DNA of 64,000 nucleotides from Phenylobacterium sp. (GTDB lineage Bacteria; Pseudomonadota; Alphaproteobacteria; Caulobacterales; Caulobacteraceae): NCBI RefSeq assembly GCF_035309685.1, contig NZ_DATGEX010000007.1, positions 14,643 to 78,642 of the forward strand, read 5' to 3'. Shown piece by piece: positions 63,939 to 64,000 of this stretch (position 1 is its first letter; each line of letters starts with the position of its first letter). The notes under the pieces were generated by a model. It saw only the letters and a program-made list of their open reading frames with translations, ran no database searches and was not told where the DNA came from. The position numbers and the translations under genes were made by a program.

Positions 63939-64000
63939 GGGGCTTCGCGAGGCGGTCGTGGCGGACGAGCCCGCTCACGGGTGATCAACGACCTTCGCAG

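Overview
This is a very GC-rich, gene-dense chromosomal segment with strong G/C third-position bias. About 42 CDSs tile almost the whole window. I saw no rRNA, tRNA, CRISPR array, transposase or integrase. Gene content looks alphaproteobacterial and Caulobacterales-like (fused iolC-DUF2090, PEPxxWA-CTERM protein, GH89), but that is an impression, not a computed result.

Genes in order:
- 233-5431 (+): a translationally coupled acyl-CoA module (small protein, acyl-CoA synthetase, crotonase, family III CoA-transferase, amidohydrolase).
- 5428-13838 (-): DUF3604 exported protein, short 6-phosphogluconate dehydrogenase, a hypothetical, an HGSNAT-like membrane acetyltransferase plus Tat-exported GH89 alpha-N-acetylglucosaminidase, and pyruvate kinase.
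- 13846-20400: myo-inositol catabolism, with iolG divergent from iolC(fused)-iolD-iolE-iolB.
- 20397-24409 (-): glpK and an NtrC-like response regulator / histidine kinase pair.
- 24542-31488 (+): a MacAB-like ABC exporter with two tandem ~800-aa permeases.
- 31528-31647: a nested GC-rich palindromic repeat.
- 31773-33050 (+): a 2-hydroxycarboxylate transporter.
- 33047-44135 (-): a two-partner secretion (TPS) locus, TpsB - FHA-like TpsA - signal-peptide TPR-CHAT protease - glycosyltransferase, plus a small secreted protein.
- 44342-53432 (+), divergent from the TPS locus: a multihaem cytochrome, a tandem-DUF336 lipoprotein, an outer-membrane beta-barrel and a decahaem cytochrome fused to LVIVD-type repeats.
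- 53530-63938: carboxylesterase, PEP-CTERM protein, a coupled cNMP phosphodiesterase - CHASE2 cyclase - GNAT operon, aldehyde dehydrogenase, an acetolactate-synthase-like ThDP enzyme and gdhA.

The two loci most worth follow-up are the TPS-CHAT-glycosyltransferase cluster and the porin/multihaem-cytochrome cluster. Both are assembled from recognisable parts in combinations I do not know to be functionally characterised.

All family calls come from motifs read in the supplied translations. No database search was run.
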